From Anaerolineae bacterium (GTDB lineage Bacteria > Chloroflexota > Anaerolineae > Aggregatilineales > Aggregatilineaceae), in contig DAOUFU010000013.1 of assembly GCA_034429275.1 (NCBI GenBank), positions 3,313-67,312 on the forward strand: 64,000 bases of DNA, read 5' to 3'. A model generated the notes under the pieces. That model was not told the origin of the DNA and did no database searches. It saw only the letters and a list, made by a program, of their open reading frames with translations. Positions 37,905 to 47,040 of this stretch are shown here, piece by piece. The position numbers and the translations under genes were made by a program. The first letter of the stretch is position 1; each line of letters opens with the position of its first letter.

Positions 37905-38812
37905 CCCCGATGATGGAAATAGAGCAGCATCGATGTTGCAATGGTGGCCATCAGGGCCATCACTACGATGAACGCCAGTGCATGATCCTGGATAGGCAGG
38001 GCGATATTCATGCCATAAATGCCGCTAATCAGGGTCAGCGGCAACATGATCACTGAGATCACGGTGAGGATTTGTATCGTCTCGTTCAGTCGGTAGCTGA
38101 CCAGGGCGTTCGCCATATCGGCCAGGCCGTTGATAACCTCGAAGTGGTCGTCGATAATTTCGGACGCCTTGACGATGTGGTCGTAGATGTCGCCAAAGTA
38201 CACATCGAGGTCTTCGCGGATGAAGGTACGATCCACTTTTTCGAGGTTGCCCACGATCACGATCTGGGGCCGGATGATCCGCCGCAGCGCGATGATATCG
38301 CGCCGGACAAACGCGAGGTCTTGCATCACCTGGCGCGAATCCTGCGAGAAGATTTCTTCTTCCAGGTGGCGGATGTTGGCATCGACCTTGTAGAGAATGG
38401 GCAGGATATAGTCCACCAGCCGGTCCACAACGGTGTAAAAGATGCGGCTCGCGCCGCGCCCCATGATCTGCTCGCGGGCTTCTTCGCTCGCTTTGCACTG
38501 CTCGAACAACTGGCGCAGCGGCTTGAGCGTGCCATCGCTGGAGGTCACCAGGTAGCCGGGGCCGACAAACATATCGACTTCAGTCGCCCGGCTGATGCGC
38601 TGGATGGGGTCCCAGATCGGGAACTGCATCACGACAAACAAATAATCATCATAATCGTCGATTTTGGGGCGCTCGATGCGGCTTTGCAGGTCTTCCAGGT
38701 CCAGTGGGTGAAAATAGGGATAGCGCTCGCGCAGTTCGTTGATGTCCTGTGCGGTGGCACGCTCGATATTGGTCCAGAAGACACGTCCGTGCTGAATGGT
38801 TTCCATACTCAT
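37895..38812 (-). CDS. corA: Magnesium/cobalt transporter CorA
   Basis: 305-aa ORF with a cytoplasmic N-terminal domain, two C-terminal TM helices and the YGMN signature (SGIYGMNIALP). Confidence 0.85.
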   Translation of the reverse strand: MSMETIQHGRVFWTNIERATAQDINELRERYPYFHPLDLEDLQSRIERPKIDDYDDYLFVVMQFPIWDPIQRISRATEVDMFVGPGYLVTSSDGTLKPLRQLFEQCKASEEAREQIMGRGASRIFYTVVDRLVDYILPILYKVDANIRHLEEEIFSQDSRQVMQDLAFVRRDIIALRRIIRPQIVIVGNLEKVDRTFIREDLDVYFGDIYDHIVKASEIIDDHFEVINGLADMANALVSYRLNETIQILTVISVIMLPLTLISGIYGMNIALPIQDHALAFIVVMALMATIATSMLLYFHHRGWV

Positions 38813-38922
38813 GGGTGCCTATTATGGCGCGGGGATGGCCTGGGGGCAAACCATAACCTGGGTTAAAATGACCACGCCGAGGGCAGCGGAGCAGACCGCA
38901 GCCCCTGAGAGAAGGGGGTCTT

Positions 38923-39780
38923 ATGCAAGAATTTGCCAACCGGGTCGCGGTGATCACCGGGGCCGCGCATGGCATCGGATATGGACTGGCCGAGCGGGCA
39001 GCGCAGGAAGGAATGCGCGTCGTGATGGCCGACATCGACGCGGAAGCGCTGCACGCCGGCGCGGAGGCGCTGCGGGCTGCCGGGGCCGATGTGCGCGCTG
39101 TTGTGACCGATGTCAGCCAGTTTGACCAGGTTGAGGCGCTGGCCGAAGCCGCGTTGGACGCTTTCGGCGCGATCCACCTGGTCTTCAGCAATGCCGGGAT
39201 TAGCTCACTGGACGACCTGCATAAGCCCGTTTGGGACGTGCGCGCGAGTGAGTGGAAGAATGTCATCGCCGTGAATATTGGCGGGGTGGCGAACAGCATC
39301 CGCGTATTCGTGCCGCGCCTGGTAGCCCAACCCGATGAGAGTCACCTGGTGTTCACCGCCTCGGAGACCGGGCTGGATACTGCGCCGGGCATGGGACTCT
39401 ACCGCGCGACCAAGCATGCCGCCGTCAGCCTGTGCGAAGGGCTGTACCAGGACCTTCAACAGCACGGCCTGGGCGACAAGATCGGCGTTTCGCTGCTGTG
39501 CCCCGGCCCGGTGGATACCCACATCACACAGGGCGCGCTGGCCCGCTTCGCCGCCGAATCCGGCGGTGCCGCACCCGACGCGCCTGTGGCCAAAGCCGCT
39601 GCCCACGTGATCGAGGTGCTGCGCCAGGGCATGACGCCTGCCGAGGTCGCCGCGCGAACTTTTGACGCCATCCGCGCCCGGCAGTTCTACATCATCACGC
39701 ACCCGGAAGTGAAAGAGCGTGCCCGCCAGCGCGTGGACAACATCATCCGCGAACAGCCGCCCGCCAATCCCTGGGCGTGA
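38923..39780 (+). CDS. Short-chain dehydrogenase/reductase (classical SDR)
   Basis: TGAAHGIGYG (TGxxxGxG), NAG and YRATKHA (YxxxK) are present. Confidence 0.8.
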   Translation: MQEFANRVAVITGAAHGIGYGLAERAAQEGMRVVMADIDAEALHAGAEALRAAGADVRAVVTDVSQFDQVEALAEAALDAFGAIHLVFSNAGISSLDDLHKPVWDVRASEWKNVIAVNIGGVANSIRVFVPRLVAQPDESHLVFTASETGLDTAPGMGLYRATKHAAVSLCEGLYQDLQQHGLGDKIGVSLLCPGPVDTHITQGALARFAAESGGAAPDAPVAKAAAHVIEVLRQGMTPAEVAARTFDAIRARQFYIITHPEVKERARQRVDNIIREQPPANPWA

Positions 39781-39861
39781 ACCCGATCGAGCCGCAGCCG
39801 GACGCGCATCCGGCTGCCGTTTTTTTGACATAGGTTTAAAAACAATTAAACAATATGGGTA

Positions 39862-39890
39862 TTGACAATATTTGAGTGCCAAACTATACT
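39862..39890 (+). promoter_or_regulatory. Consensus-like sigma70 promoter for rnj with a long 5' leader
   Basis: TTGACA-17 nt-TATACT would place the predicted TSS near 39897. That leaves an approx. 180-nt untranslated leader before the ATG at 40080. Confidence 0.6.
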
Positions 39891-40079
39891 TATTTCTCGT
39901 GGCACTTCTTCAGACGTCAACTCCCCCTTTTCGCACGCAACTCCATTTCGATTGTGGTCGGCAAGGTAGAAGACCCGGCGGGCTGAATCGCATAAGCGAC
40001 CGCCAGGGAGCTTCGCTGTTGGCGTTGACCGAAGAGCCGCACTCGCAAGTCTCATTGAACAACAACGAATAGGAAACAC

Positions 40080-41699
40080 ATGGCTCGAAAACTACGGATC
40101 CTCCCCCTGGGCGGCCTGGGGGAAATTGGCAAAAACATGACCGTCTATGAATATGGCCGCAATATGATCGTGGTCGACTGCGGCGTGATGTTCCCCGACA
40201 GCGACATGCACGGCATCGACCTGGTCCTGCCCGATTTTCAGTACGTGGTTCAGCACCAGGATATGCTGCGTGGAATCGTGCTCACCCACGGGCACATGGA
40301 CCACATCGCCGCGCTGCCCTACCTGCTGCGCGAGATTCGGACGACCATCTACGGCACGCCGCTCACATTGGGGCTGGTCGAGCGTCAGCTCCGCGAGAAA
40401 GATGTGCTGCACCGCGCCGATCTGCGCCCCATTGAGTCGAACAAGCCGATCCATCTCGGCCCGTTCGAGGTGACGCCGTTCGCCGTCGCTCATTCGATCC
40501 CCGATTCGGTCGGGTTTGTGATCAACACGCCGGTCGGCACAGTGGTGCATACCGGCGACTATAAGCTCGACGAGACACCTGCCGGTGGACGCACCACCGA
40601 CCTGGAAGCACTGCGTCGGCTCACGCCCGATGGCGTGCTCGCCATGTTGGGCGACAGCACCAACGCCGACAAGCCGGGCCGCACGCTGACCGAACAGGTC
40701 GTTGGCGAGACTCTCGATCGCCTGCTTGCCGGGGCCGAAGGCCAGCGCGTCATCATCGCGACCTTTTCCTCGCTGCTGGCGCGCCTGCAGGAAATCATGA
40801 CGCTGGCTCACAAGCATGGGCGCAAAGTTGCGCTGACCGGGCGCAGCCTGGTCGAGAATGTGCGGCTGGCCCAGGAACTCGGCTACCTGGAAGTGCCGGA
40901 GGGCCTGCTGGTCGAGGTCAACGCGCGCATCCCCAGGCACAAGATGTTGATCCTGGCGACCGGCTCGCAGGGCGAGCCACGCTCGGCGCTGACGCAGATG
41001 GCAAACGATGAACACCGCCAGGTGCGCGTTCAGCCTGGCGACCTGGTGATCATCTCTGGCGGCACCATCCCCGGCAACGAGGGCGATGTTGGCCAGATGC
41101 TCAACAAGCTGTTCGAGCACGGCGCAAACGTGATCTATGGTGCGCTGGAAACGGTGCATGTCTCCGGTCATGGCAGCCGCGACGAGCTGCGCGCCATGAT
41201 CGAGGCGGTCCGGCCACGTTACCTGATCCCCGCGCACGGCGAAGCCCGGCACCTGCACCTGCACAGCCAGATCGCGCAGGGGGCCGGAATGCCCGCTGAA
41301 AATGTGTTCATTCTCAAGAATGGATCGCCGTGGTTGACCGATGGTCAGAATGCCTGGACGGAAGACCCCATCGCCGTCGATGAGGTGTATGTCGATGGGC
41401 GCCTGGTGGGCGAGATCGGGGAAATTGTGCTGCGCGACCGCCATCGCCTCTCGCAGGATGGGTTCATCGTGGCGCTGATCCCGGTGAATGCGGAGAACCG
41501 GCTGGCGGGCGAACCGCAGTTCGTGAGCCGGGGATTTGTGCACCTGACCAACGCCGAAGACTTGTTCGAAGCGGGGCGGCAGGAAGTCAAACGGCAGTAC
41601 AGGCGCGGGGCGCACAGCCTGCGGCGCTCGCTAGAGGACTTCTTCTACCAGCAGACACTTTCGCGCCCGGTCGTGCTGCCGCAATTCATCCAGGTCTAA
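40080..41699 (+). CDS. rnj: Ribonuclease J
   Basis: N-terminus is ILPLGGLGEIGKNMTVYEY. Other features are DCGVMFP, the HxHxDH motif THGHMDHI, a beta-CASP insertion and an RNase J C-terminal domain. Length is 539 aa. Confidence 0.85.
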   Translation: MARKLRILPLGGLGEIGKNMTVYEYGRNMIVVDCGVMFPDSDMHGIDLVLPDFQYVVQHQDMLRGIVLTHGHMDHIAALPYLLREIRTTIYGTPLTLGLVERQLREKDVLHRADLRPIESNKPIHLGPFEVTPFAVAHSIPDSVGFVINTPVGTVVHTGDYKLDETPAGGRTTDLEALRRLTPDGVLAMLGDSTNADKPGRTLTEQVVGETLDRLLAGAEGQRVIIATFSSLLARLQEIMTLAHKHGRKVALTGRSLVENVRLAQELGYLEVPEGLLVEVNARIPRHKMLILATGSQGEPRSALTQMANDEHRQVRVQPGDLVIISGGTIPGNEGDVGQMLNKLFEHGANVIYGALETVHVSGHGSRDELRAMIEAVRPRYLIPAHGEARHLHLHSQIAQGAGMPAENVFILKNGSPWLTDGQNAWTEDPIAVDEVYVDGRLVGEIGEIVLRDRHRLSQDGFIVALIPVNAENRLAGEPQFVSRGFVHLTNAEDLFEAGRQEVKRQYRRGAHSLRRSLEDFFYQQTLSRPVVLPQFIQV

Positions 41700-41720
41700 C
41701 GTCGATCGCTCGTTTTTTCG

Positions 41721-41754
41721 GCCCCTTCTCACCCAGAAGGGGCTGTCCTGTTTT
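41721..41754 (+). terminator. Rho-independent terminator after rnj
   Basis: GCCCCTTCT-caccc-AGAAGGGGC is followed by TGTCCTGTTTT. Confidence 0.65.
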
Positions 41755-41778
41755 ATGTCCTGTTTTAAAGGATGAATC

Positions 41779-43212
41779 ATGTCATCATCTACATCACACG
41801 CCACGGGCACAATCAAATGGTACAGCCAATCGCGCGGATTCGGCTTTGTCACGCCCGATCATGGCGGCAAAGATGTCTTTGTGCACCATTCCGCGCTCGA
41901 TCGCAGCCTGCAGGCGCGCCTTGATACCGGCGACCGGATCGCCTTCACCGTTGCGCAGAGCAAGCGCGGACCCACCGCCGCAGCAATTACCCTGCTGAGC
42001 AGCGCCCTCGACGCTCAGCCCGCTCCATCATCTGTCACAGCACACGATGGAGCCTCGTTTGCCGATCTTGGGCTGCTGCCCAATCTTTTGCGTGCCGTGG
42101 GCGATGCCGGATACACAGAACCGACGCCGATCCAGGTGCAGGCGATCCCCTATGTGCTCGCCGGGCGCGACGTGTTGGGCTGCGCCCAGACCGGCACCGG
42201 CAAAACTGCCGCCTTCGCGCTGCCCATTTTGCAGCGGCTGGCCGCGGCGCAAGCCGAATCACTCCGCGCCAACGGCAGAGGCAAAAGCCAACATCAGCGC
42301 GCCCCCCGCGCGCTGATCCTCTCCCCCACGCGCGAACTGGCGATCCAGATTGGCGAGAGTTTTAGCGTTTACGGACGCCATACCGGCCTGACCAACACGG
42401 TGATCTTCGGCGGTGTGGGGCAGAATCCCCAGGTTCAGGCGCTTCAGCGCGGCGTCGATATTCTGATCGCCACGCCGGGCCGCCTGCTGGATCTGATGGG
42501 GCAGAAGGCGGTTTCGCTGACCAGTATTGAAGTGCTGGTACTGGACGAGGCTGACCGGATGCTGGATATGGGCTTCATCCACGATGTCAAGCGTATCCTC
42601 AAGCAGGTGCCCACGCCGCGCCAGACGCTGCTGTTTTCGGCTACGCTGCCGCGCGAGATCATTGAGCTGGCCGACCTGATGCTGCACAACCCGGTAGAAG
42701 TCGCCGTCGCGCCGGAACAACCGACCGTTGAAGCCATCGAGCAGGCGGTGGTTTTCGTCAGCAAAAAAGATAAACACCCGCTGCTTCAGCGTGTATTGAG
42801 CGGATCAGATGTCTCGCGGGCCTTGGTATTTACCCGTACCAAGCACGGGGCCAACCAGGTGGTCAAGGTGCTCAACCGGACCGGCATTCAGGCCGAGCCG
42901 ATTCACGGCAACAAGTCACAAACGGCTCGCCAGCGTGCGCTCCAGAACTTCCGCGAAGGCAAGACTCGCGTGCTGGTCGCGACTGACGTAGTCGCGCGTG
43001 GGATCGACGTCGAGGATATCTCGCACGTCATCCAGTTCGATCTGCCCAATGAGCCGGAGACATACGTTCACCGCATCGGGCGAACCGGGCGCGCCGGGGC
43101 TGCGGGCATCGCGCTGGCCTTCTGCACCGAGGACGAGCGTCCTTTCTTGAAGGACATCGAGTCGCTGATCCGCATGAGAGTACCGGAACTGCGCGACTAT
43201 TCGCAGCCGTAA
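41779..43212 (+). CDS. Cold-shock-domain::DEAD-box RNA helicase fusion (RhlE-like core)
   Basis: N-terminal CSD is [31 protein letters not shown]. Helicase motifs follow: Q motif/[11 protein letters not shown] (I), PTRELA (Ia), DEAD ([13 protein letters not shown]), SAT and [10 protein letters not shown] (VI). Confidence 0.85.
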   Translation: MSSSTSHATGTIKWYSQSRGFGFVTPDHGGKDVFVHHSALDRSLQARLDTGDRIAFTVAQSKRGPTAAAITLLSSALDAQPAPSSVTAHDGASFADLGLLPNLLRAVGDAGYTEPTPIQVQAIPYVLAGRDVLGCAQTGTGKTAAFALPILQRLAAAQAESLRANGRGKSQHQRAPRALILSPTRELAIQIGESFSVYGRHTGLTNTVIFGGVGQNPQVQALQRGVDILIATPGRLLDLMGQKAVSLTSIEVLVLDEADRMLDMGFIHDVKRILKQVPTPRQTLLFSATLPREIIELADLMLHNPVEVAVAPEQPTVEAIEQAVVFVSKKDKHPLLQRVLSGSDVSRALVFTRTKHGANQVVKVLNRTGIQAEPIHGNKSQTARQRALQNFREGKTRVLVATDVVARGIDVEDISHVIQFDLPNEPETYVHRIGRTGRAGAAGIALAFCTEDERPFLKDIESLIRMRVPELRDYSQP

Positions 43213-43240
43213 GAGCTAACCCCCGATCAGTTGACCAGGC

Positions 43241-43285
43241 ACCGGGGCGCTGTATGGTTCGCAGCGCCCCGGTTGTGTTGTTGTA
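43241..43285. terminator. Bidirectional terminator between helicase and RIO kinase genes
   Basis: ACCGGGGCGCTG-tatggttcg-CAGCGCCCCGGT is followed by TGTGTTGTTG. Confidence 0.6.
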
Positions 43286-43291
43286 TCTGGC

Positions 43292-44389
43292 CTAGTCCAG
43301 CTCTTCGGCGCGGCGCGCCTCTTCTTCTTCCTCTTCGATGAAGGGCGCGTCGCGCTCGGCCCGCTCCATAGGAGTTAGCCCGGCATAGCGCCGCCAGTAG
43401 GTCGCCATCAGGTCCGCCGGGTCGCGCCGGTAGCCCTGCGCCGCGAAATAATCGCAGATGCGGGTCAGGTCGCGCTGGAGGATCATATAGGCGTTCGGGT
43501 TGGTATGAATGTCGGTGATCTGCGGGAAGTCGATCAGGGTGATCTCCCCCTCCCAGTACAGGATGTTATAGGCGGAGAGATCGCCGTGAGTCACCCCCAG
43601 CGACAGCATCAGTTCGACATTGCGCATCACTTCGTCGAACAGCGGCCTGGCTTCGCCGCGGGCCAGCCTCACCGTGTTGAGGGTCGGCGCGGCAGTGTCT
43701 TCATCGCCGATGTAGTCCATCAGGATCACGTTGTCGCCCGCTGCCCAGGGCTTGGGTACCGATGCGCCCGCGTCCAGCAGGGTTTGCAGCGTGGTCATTT
43801 CGTGCATCAGCCACGAGGTATGCTGGAGCTTGCGCCCGAAGCCGGTCCCTTTGGCGATAGCGCGCGCCTCGCGGAAGTCGCTGTCGTTCAAGCGCGTGCC
43901 GTCCGAGAGCATGACCTCGCGCCCCTGGCGGTAAGCGTGATCGTTGCGCAACTGGCGGAACATGCGCGGGCGGTAGACTTTGGCCGCCAACAGGTTCACG
44001 CCGGTGGATTCGTGCGCGGCGCAGCGGTAGACACTGGCTTCTTTGCCGCCGCGCACCAGGGCCAGCACATCGGTGATGAATGACTGTTCATAGAGCGGCG
44101 TCAGCGATTGCAGCAGCCACCCGGTCTCATACTTTGAGGGGACATAGGTGGTTTTGAAGCCGCCCTCCAGCCCATCAGTCTCGGCCAGCGTGATCGCCTC
44201 GTCGGGCTGGGTATTCACCGTCGGAGGAACAACACGAGGCTTGCGCTTGCGGTGTTCCTGGCGGCGCGTGCGCACAGCGTTGAAGCTGTCTTCATAGGCT
44301 TCATATTTGTCGTCCGTCTCCGATGAGCCGAACGAACGGTAGATCGTACGATCAGAATGTTTAGCCACTGCGAGAATCCTCTCGCGCAT
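43292..44389 (-). CDS. RIO-type serine protein kinase
   Basis: RIO signatures are GGKEASVYRC (ATP loop), HGDLSAYNIL (catalytic loop) and LIDFPQ (metal-binding). The start is uncertain: ATG 44389 or GTG 44368. The longer ORF-track N-terminus overlaps the upstream GNAT gene. Confidence 0.7.
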   Translation of the reverse strand: MRERILAVAKHSDRTIYRSFGSSETDDKYEAYEDSFNAVRTRRQEHRKRKPRVVPPTVNTQPDEAITLAETDGLEGGFKTTYVPSKYETGWLLQSLTPLYEQSFITDVLALVRGGKEASVYRCAAHESTGVNLLAAKVYRPRMFRQLRNDHAYRQGREVMLSDGTRLNDSDFREARAIAKGTGFGRKLQHTSWLMHEMTTLQTLLDAGASVPKPWAAGDNVILMDYIGDEDTAAPTLNTVRLARGEARPLFDEVMRNVELMLSLGVTHGDLSAYNILYWEGEITLIDFPQITDIHTNPNAYMILQRDLTRICDYFAAQGYRRDPADLMATYWRRYAGLTPMERAERDAPFIEEEEEEARRAEELD

Positions 44390-45302
44390 CTGGATGCGCG
44401 TTATCTGGTCTGTGTTCAGGTGAAGCGGTCGTGCCGGAAGGCACGACGCACAAGGACGACGTGTAGTCGCGCGTGTGGCGGAACCCAACCGCCAGCGCCG
44501 TCCGAGCAGAGGCAGTGTTCTCGGCATGGCAATGCCAGCCGACCGACTGCCAGCCGAGCGACAGCGCATGTTCGACCGCCGCCGCTGCCGTGATCGTCGC
44601 CAGGCCGCGCTGTCGGTAGTCTGGCCGGGTATGGATGCCGATCTCGCCGTACACTCCGCCTTCGCCGGCGGTGCTGACTCCATCCGCCAACGACCAGCTC
44701 ACCACCTGTGGACCGGCGAGAGCAGCATGGAGCATCACCACGCCGAACCCATGCGCCAGGAAGTTAGCGCGCTTGCACCAGTTGTTGCTGATCCACTCGT
44801 GCACATGGTCAGGCCAGTTGATCTCCGGCGATTCGAGCAGCGAGTCGTCGATCAGGTGCACGCTGAACCCGTCGGGCAGCGCGGCACGCCAGTCGAACGT
44901 CACGCGCGAGCAAAGATAGTGTTGGCGCGCCAGCGTCACCAGTGGAAAGGGGGCGATCGACTCCCACAAGGGCAGCCAGCCCGCCGCGCAGGTGACCAGC
45001 AGCGCGTTGAAGTGATAGCCTTCGGGATGGAAAATCGTGCCGGTGATGAGCGCGCGCAGCGCCTCGCCAAAGGCAGGCACCGCCGCGTCCCCGGCCAGAA
45101 ACGATCCTTCCGGCGTGATCAGGAACGCAGCGCGCGGATTATCGAGCGAGTCCGTCCAGGCGCGGCCCGGACACGTCCCTTCCAACACCGCGCCGATGCA
45201 GGCGTTCCAGGTCGCCAGGTCATCCGCCTCAAACAGCGGGCGAATGCGCCCGGCCTGCTCCACAGGGACCACGATGAGTGATGATGAAACGGTCATGTTC
45301 AT
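44361..45302 (-). CDS. GNAT-family N-acetyltransferase with N-terminal accessory domain
   Basis: 313-aa ORF. The C-terminal part has the acetyl-CoA motif YRQRGLATITAAAAVEHAL followed by HCHAENTASARTALAVGF. Confidence 0.55.
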   Translation of the reverse strand: MNMTVSSSLIVVPVEQAGRIRPLFEADDLATWNACIGAVLEGTCPGRAWTDSLDNPRAAFLITPEGSFLAGDAAVPAFGEALRALITGTIFHPEGYHFNALLVTCAAGWLPLWESIAPFPLVTLARQHYLCSRVTFDWRAALPDGFSVHLIDDSLLESPEINWPDHVHEWISNNWCKRANFLAHGFGVVMLHAALAGPQVVSWSLADGVSTAGEGGVYGEIGIHTRPDYRQRGLATITAAAAVEHALSLGWQSVGWHCHAENTASARTALAVGFRHTRDYTSSLCVVPSGTTASPEHRPDNAHPDAREDSRSG

Positions 45303-45351
45303 CCCTCCTTCGGCGCGGGCGATTCCTCAGTCCTGAGATCGCCCGCCGCCG

Positions 45352-46551
45352 CTAAAATACTTCGTGCAGGTAAGGGGCCAGCGGCGGGAACATCTCCCGC
45401 AGCACCGCCTGAACTTCAGGCGAGGGATCGCCCCAGCCCCGGAAGGGGATCATCGCCGGGTCGTGCGTGCCGTACACCAGCGCGCCCAACCCCTGAATGC
45501 CCAGCGTACAGTCGGTTGATACGCCATCGGCCAGCCGCGTCACGACCAGCGCGCCGTCCACCGACTCGAAACGGTAGCAACCCGCGTTCCAGCCGCAGAA
45601 CGGGTCTTCGATGCGCGCGCTGAATGCGCCGGATCCAACCGGCAACCCGGCCAGGCCGGTCACATTCACCACGCGGCCCAGCGGCGCGTCACCTTCCTGG
45701 TAGCGCACGGTCAGATCGGGCCACCACAGCTCAGCAGCTTCGGTGGGTCTCAGCGTCAGGGTGACTTCGTTGACCTGGTCCACGTGGCGCGCGATCCAGT
45801 TCAGCAGCAGGCCAAGAGCGGCGCTATCATGCGCGTAGAAGTTCGGCACAGACATTCGGAAGCTGTGCGGATCGCTGCTGCGTTCGAGTCGGTAGACCAT
45901 CAGCCCGCGCACCTCGCCATCGATTCGCGCCAGCGCCAGCCACCAGTCGTTGTATTCACGCCAGAAGTGTGATGGCACATCGTAGACCGCCATGCCGTGT
46001 ACATGGTCGCGCAGGCGGCGCAGATAGGCGCGGTAGTCGTCCCAGCCCTGCGCGATGGGCACGCGCTCGACTGCTCCCGGCAGATCGCGCCGCAGCAGCC
46101 CGCCGAGATGGGCGGGATTCAGCCGGGCGCGCCTCGACTGGGGAAAGCCCACGTATCCCAGGCGCTCGTAGAACGACTCGCGAAAGGCGTAGAGGGTGCT
46201 GAATGCGACTCCTTCCTGGTGGGCAGCTTCCAGCAGCGCCTGCATCACGCGCCGGGCATGTCCGCCGCGCCGGTAAGCCGGCTCGCAGGTCACTCCCCAC
46301 ACGCCCCAGCAAGCGGCCAGCCTGCCCCGGATGTTCTGTGTCATGGGCAGGTAGCTGGCCGAAGCTGCCGCCACATCGCCCTCGCGCAGCAGGAAGGTTT
46401 CCGTCCCTTCAGCGATACGGCTCCAACTGGCGAGATGGTCGCCTTCCATCGGCTCGATGGGGGGCGACGGCTGAAAGGCGTAGTTGAGTAGCGGCCCCAG
46501 GTCCTTCAGGCAGTCGGGCGTCGCATAGCGGCGGATGGTGATCTCAGTCAT
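45352..46551 (-). CDS. Eis-like (enhanced intracellular survival type) GNAT acetyltransferase with C-terminal SCP2-like domain
   Basis: Internal ATG 46551 (MTEITIRRYATPDCLKDLGPLLNYAF...). The length (~399 aa), the motif YRRGGHARRVMQALLEAA and the three-domain layout resemble Eis/GNAT-SCP2 proteins. Confidence 0.55.
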   Translation of the reverse strand: MTEITIRRYATPDCLKDLGPLLNYAFQPSPPIEPMEGDHLASWSRIAEGTETFLLREGDVAAASASYLPMTQNIRGRLAACWGVWGVTCEPAYRRGGHARRVMQALLEAAHQEGVAFSTLYAFRESFYERLGYVGFPQSRRARLNPAHLGGLLRRDLPGAVERVPIAQGWDDYRAYLRRLRDHVHGMAVYDVPSHFWREYNDWWLALARIDGEVRGLMVYRLERSSDPHSFRMSVPNFYAHDSAALGLLLNWIARHVDQVNEVTLTLRPTEAAELWWPDLTVRYQEGDAPLGRVVNVTGLAGLPVGSGAFSARIEDPFCGWNAGCYRFESVDGALVVTRLADGVSTDCTLGIQGLGALVYGTHDPAMIPFRGWGDPSPEVQAVLREMFPPLAPYLHEVF

Positions 46552-46821
46552 GGTGATGATCCTTTTGGGTTCACAGGCAAACCAAACAAAACGCAGTCGC
46601 GCTTGAGGAATTTTAGGGAGAGGCTGGGGGAGAATCTGGCTGCAGGCGGCGCAACCACCAGGTGGCGAACGCCGTGCGCAGACCTCACCCGGCGTCGGGC
46701 CTGGTCGCCTCAAACGCGGGTGAAGGGGTTAGCAACTCGCCTGGGTACTGCGCCGGAAACCGCGTGCGCGGTGTGAAACTGAAACTCGATCAGTCGATGG
46801 GACTGGCAGGCGCGCAGTCAG

Positions 46822-46884
46822 TCAACAGGCAGGGGCAGGCGAATCCTGACCCGCAGGTGTCACGAAATTATTGACTTGGGCCAT
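46822..46884 (-). CDS. 20-codon upstream ORF (MAQVNNFVTPAGQDSPAPAC) with strong Shine-Dalgarno
   Basis: GGAGG (46897-46893) lies 8 nt before the ATG (46884). The promoter at 46936-46965 lies about 45 nt upstream. It is followed by a 270-nt untranslated stretch before the Eis-like gene. Confidence 0.4.
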   Translation of the reverse strand: MAQVNNFVTPAGQDSPAPAC

Positions 46885-46935
46885 GAATGTCGCCTCCTCA
46901 GGATGCGAAAAGAACGCGGTAACACAACGCTTTGC

Positions 46936-46965
46936 ACTATAGCATAGAGCGCAAACGCCTGTCAA
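46936..46965 (-). promoter_or_regulatory. Strong promoter driving the uORF / Eis-like GNAT leader
   Basis: The minus strand reads TTGACA-18 nt-TATAGT, with TGc directly upstream of the -10 (extended -10). Confidence 0.55.
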
Positions 46966-47025
46966 GGGGCGCGATCTTCGCGTGTTTTCCATCGTCTGGC
47001 GCGATTTCCCGCAGCAGCAGCCCTG

Positions 47026-47034
47026 TGCTATACT
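47026..47034 (+). promoter_or_regulatory. Extended -10 element (TGcTATACT) predicting a leaderless mRNA for the 47-58 kb operon
   Basis: The -10 hexamer ends at 47034, and the ATG at 47041 sits exactly where a TSS would be expected (7 nt downstream). No Shine-Dalgarno is present. Confidence 0.45.
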
Positions 47035-47040
47035 GGCGCT

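Noticed and set aside
46552-46821. Known riboswitch class in the Eis-like gene leader
   Set aside because: I compared the leader by eye with signatures I know (TPP, SAM, glycine, ZTP, guanidine, preQ1, c-di-GMP) and found no match. It is kept only as an unclassified leader within the uORF finding.
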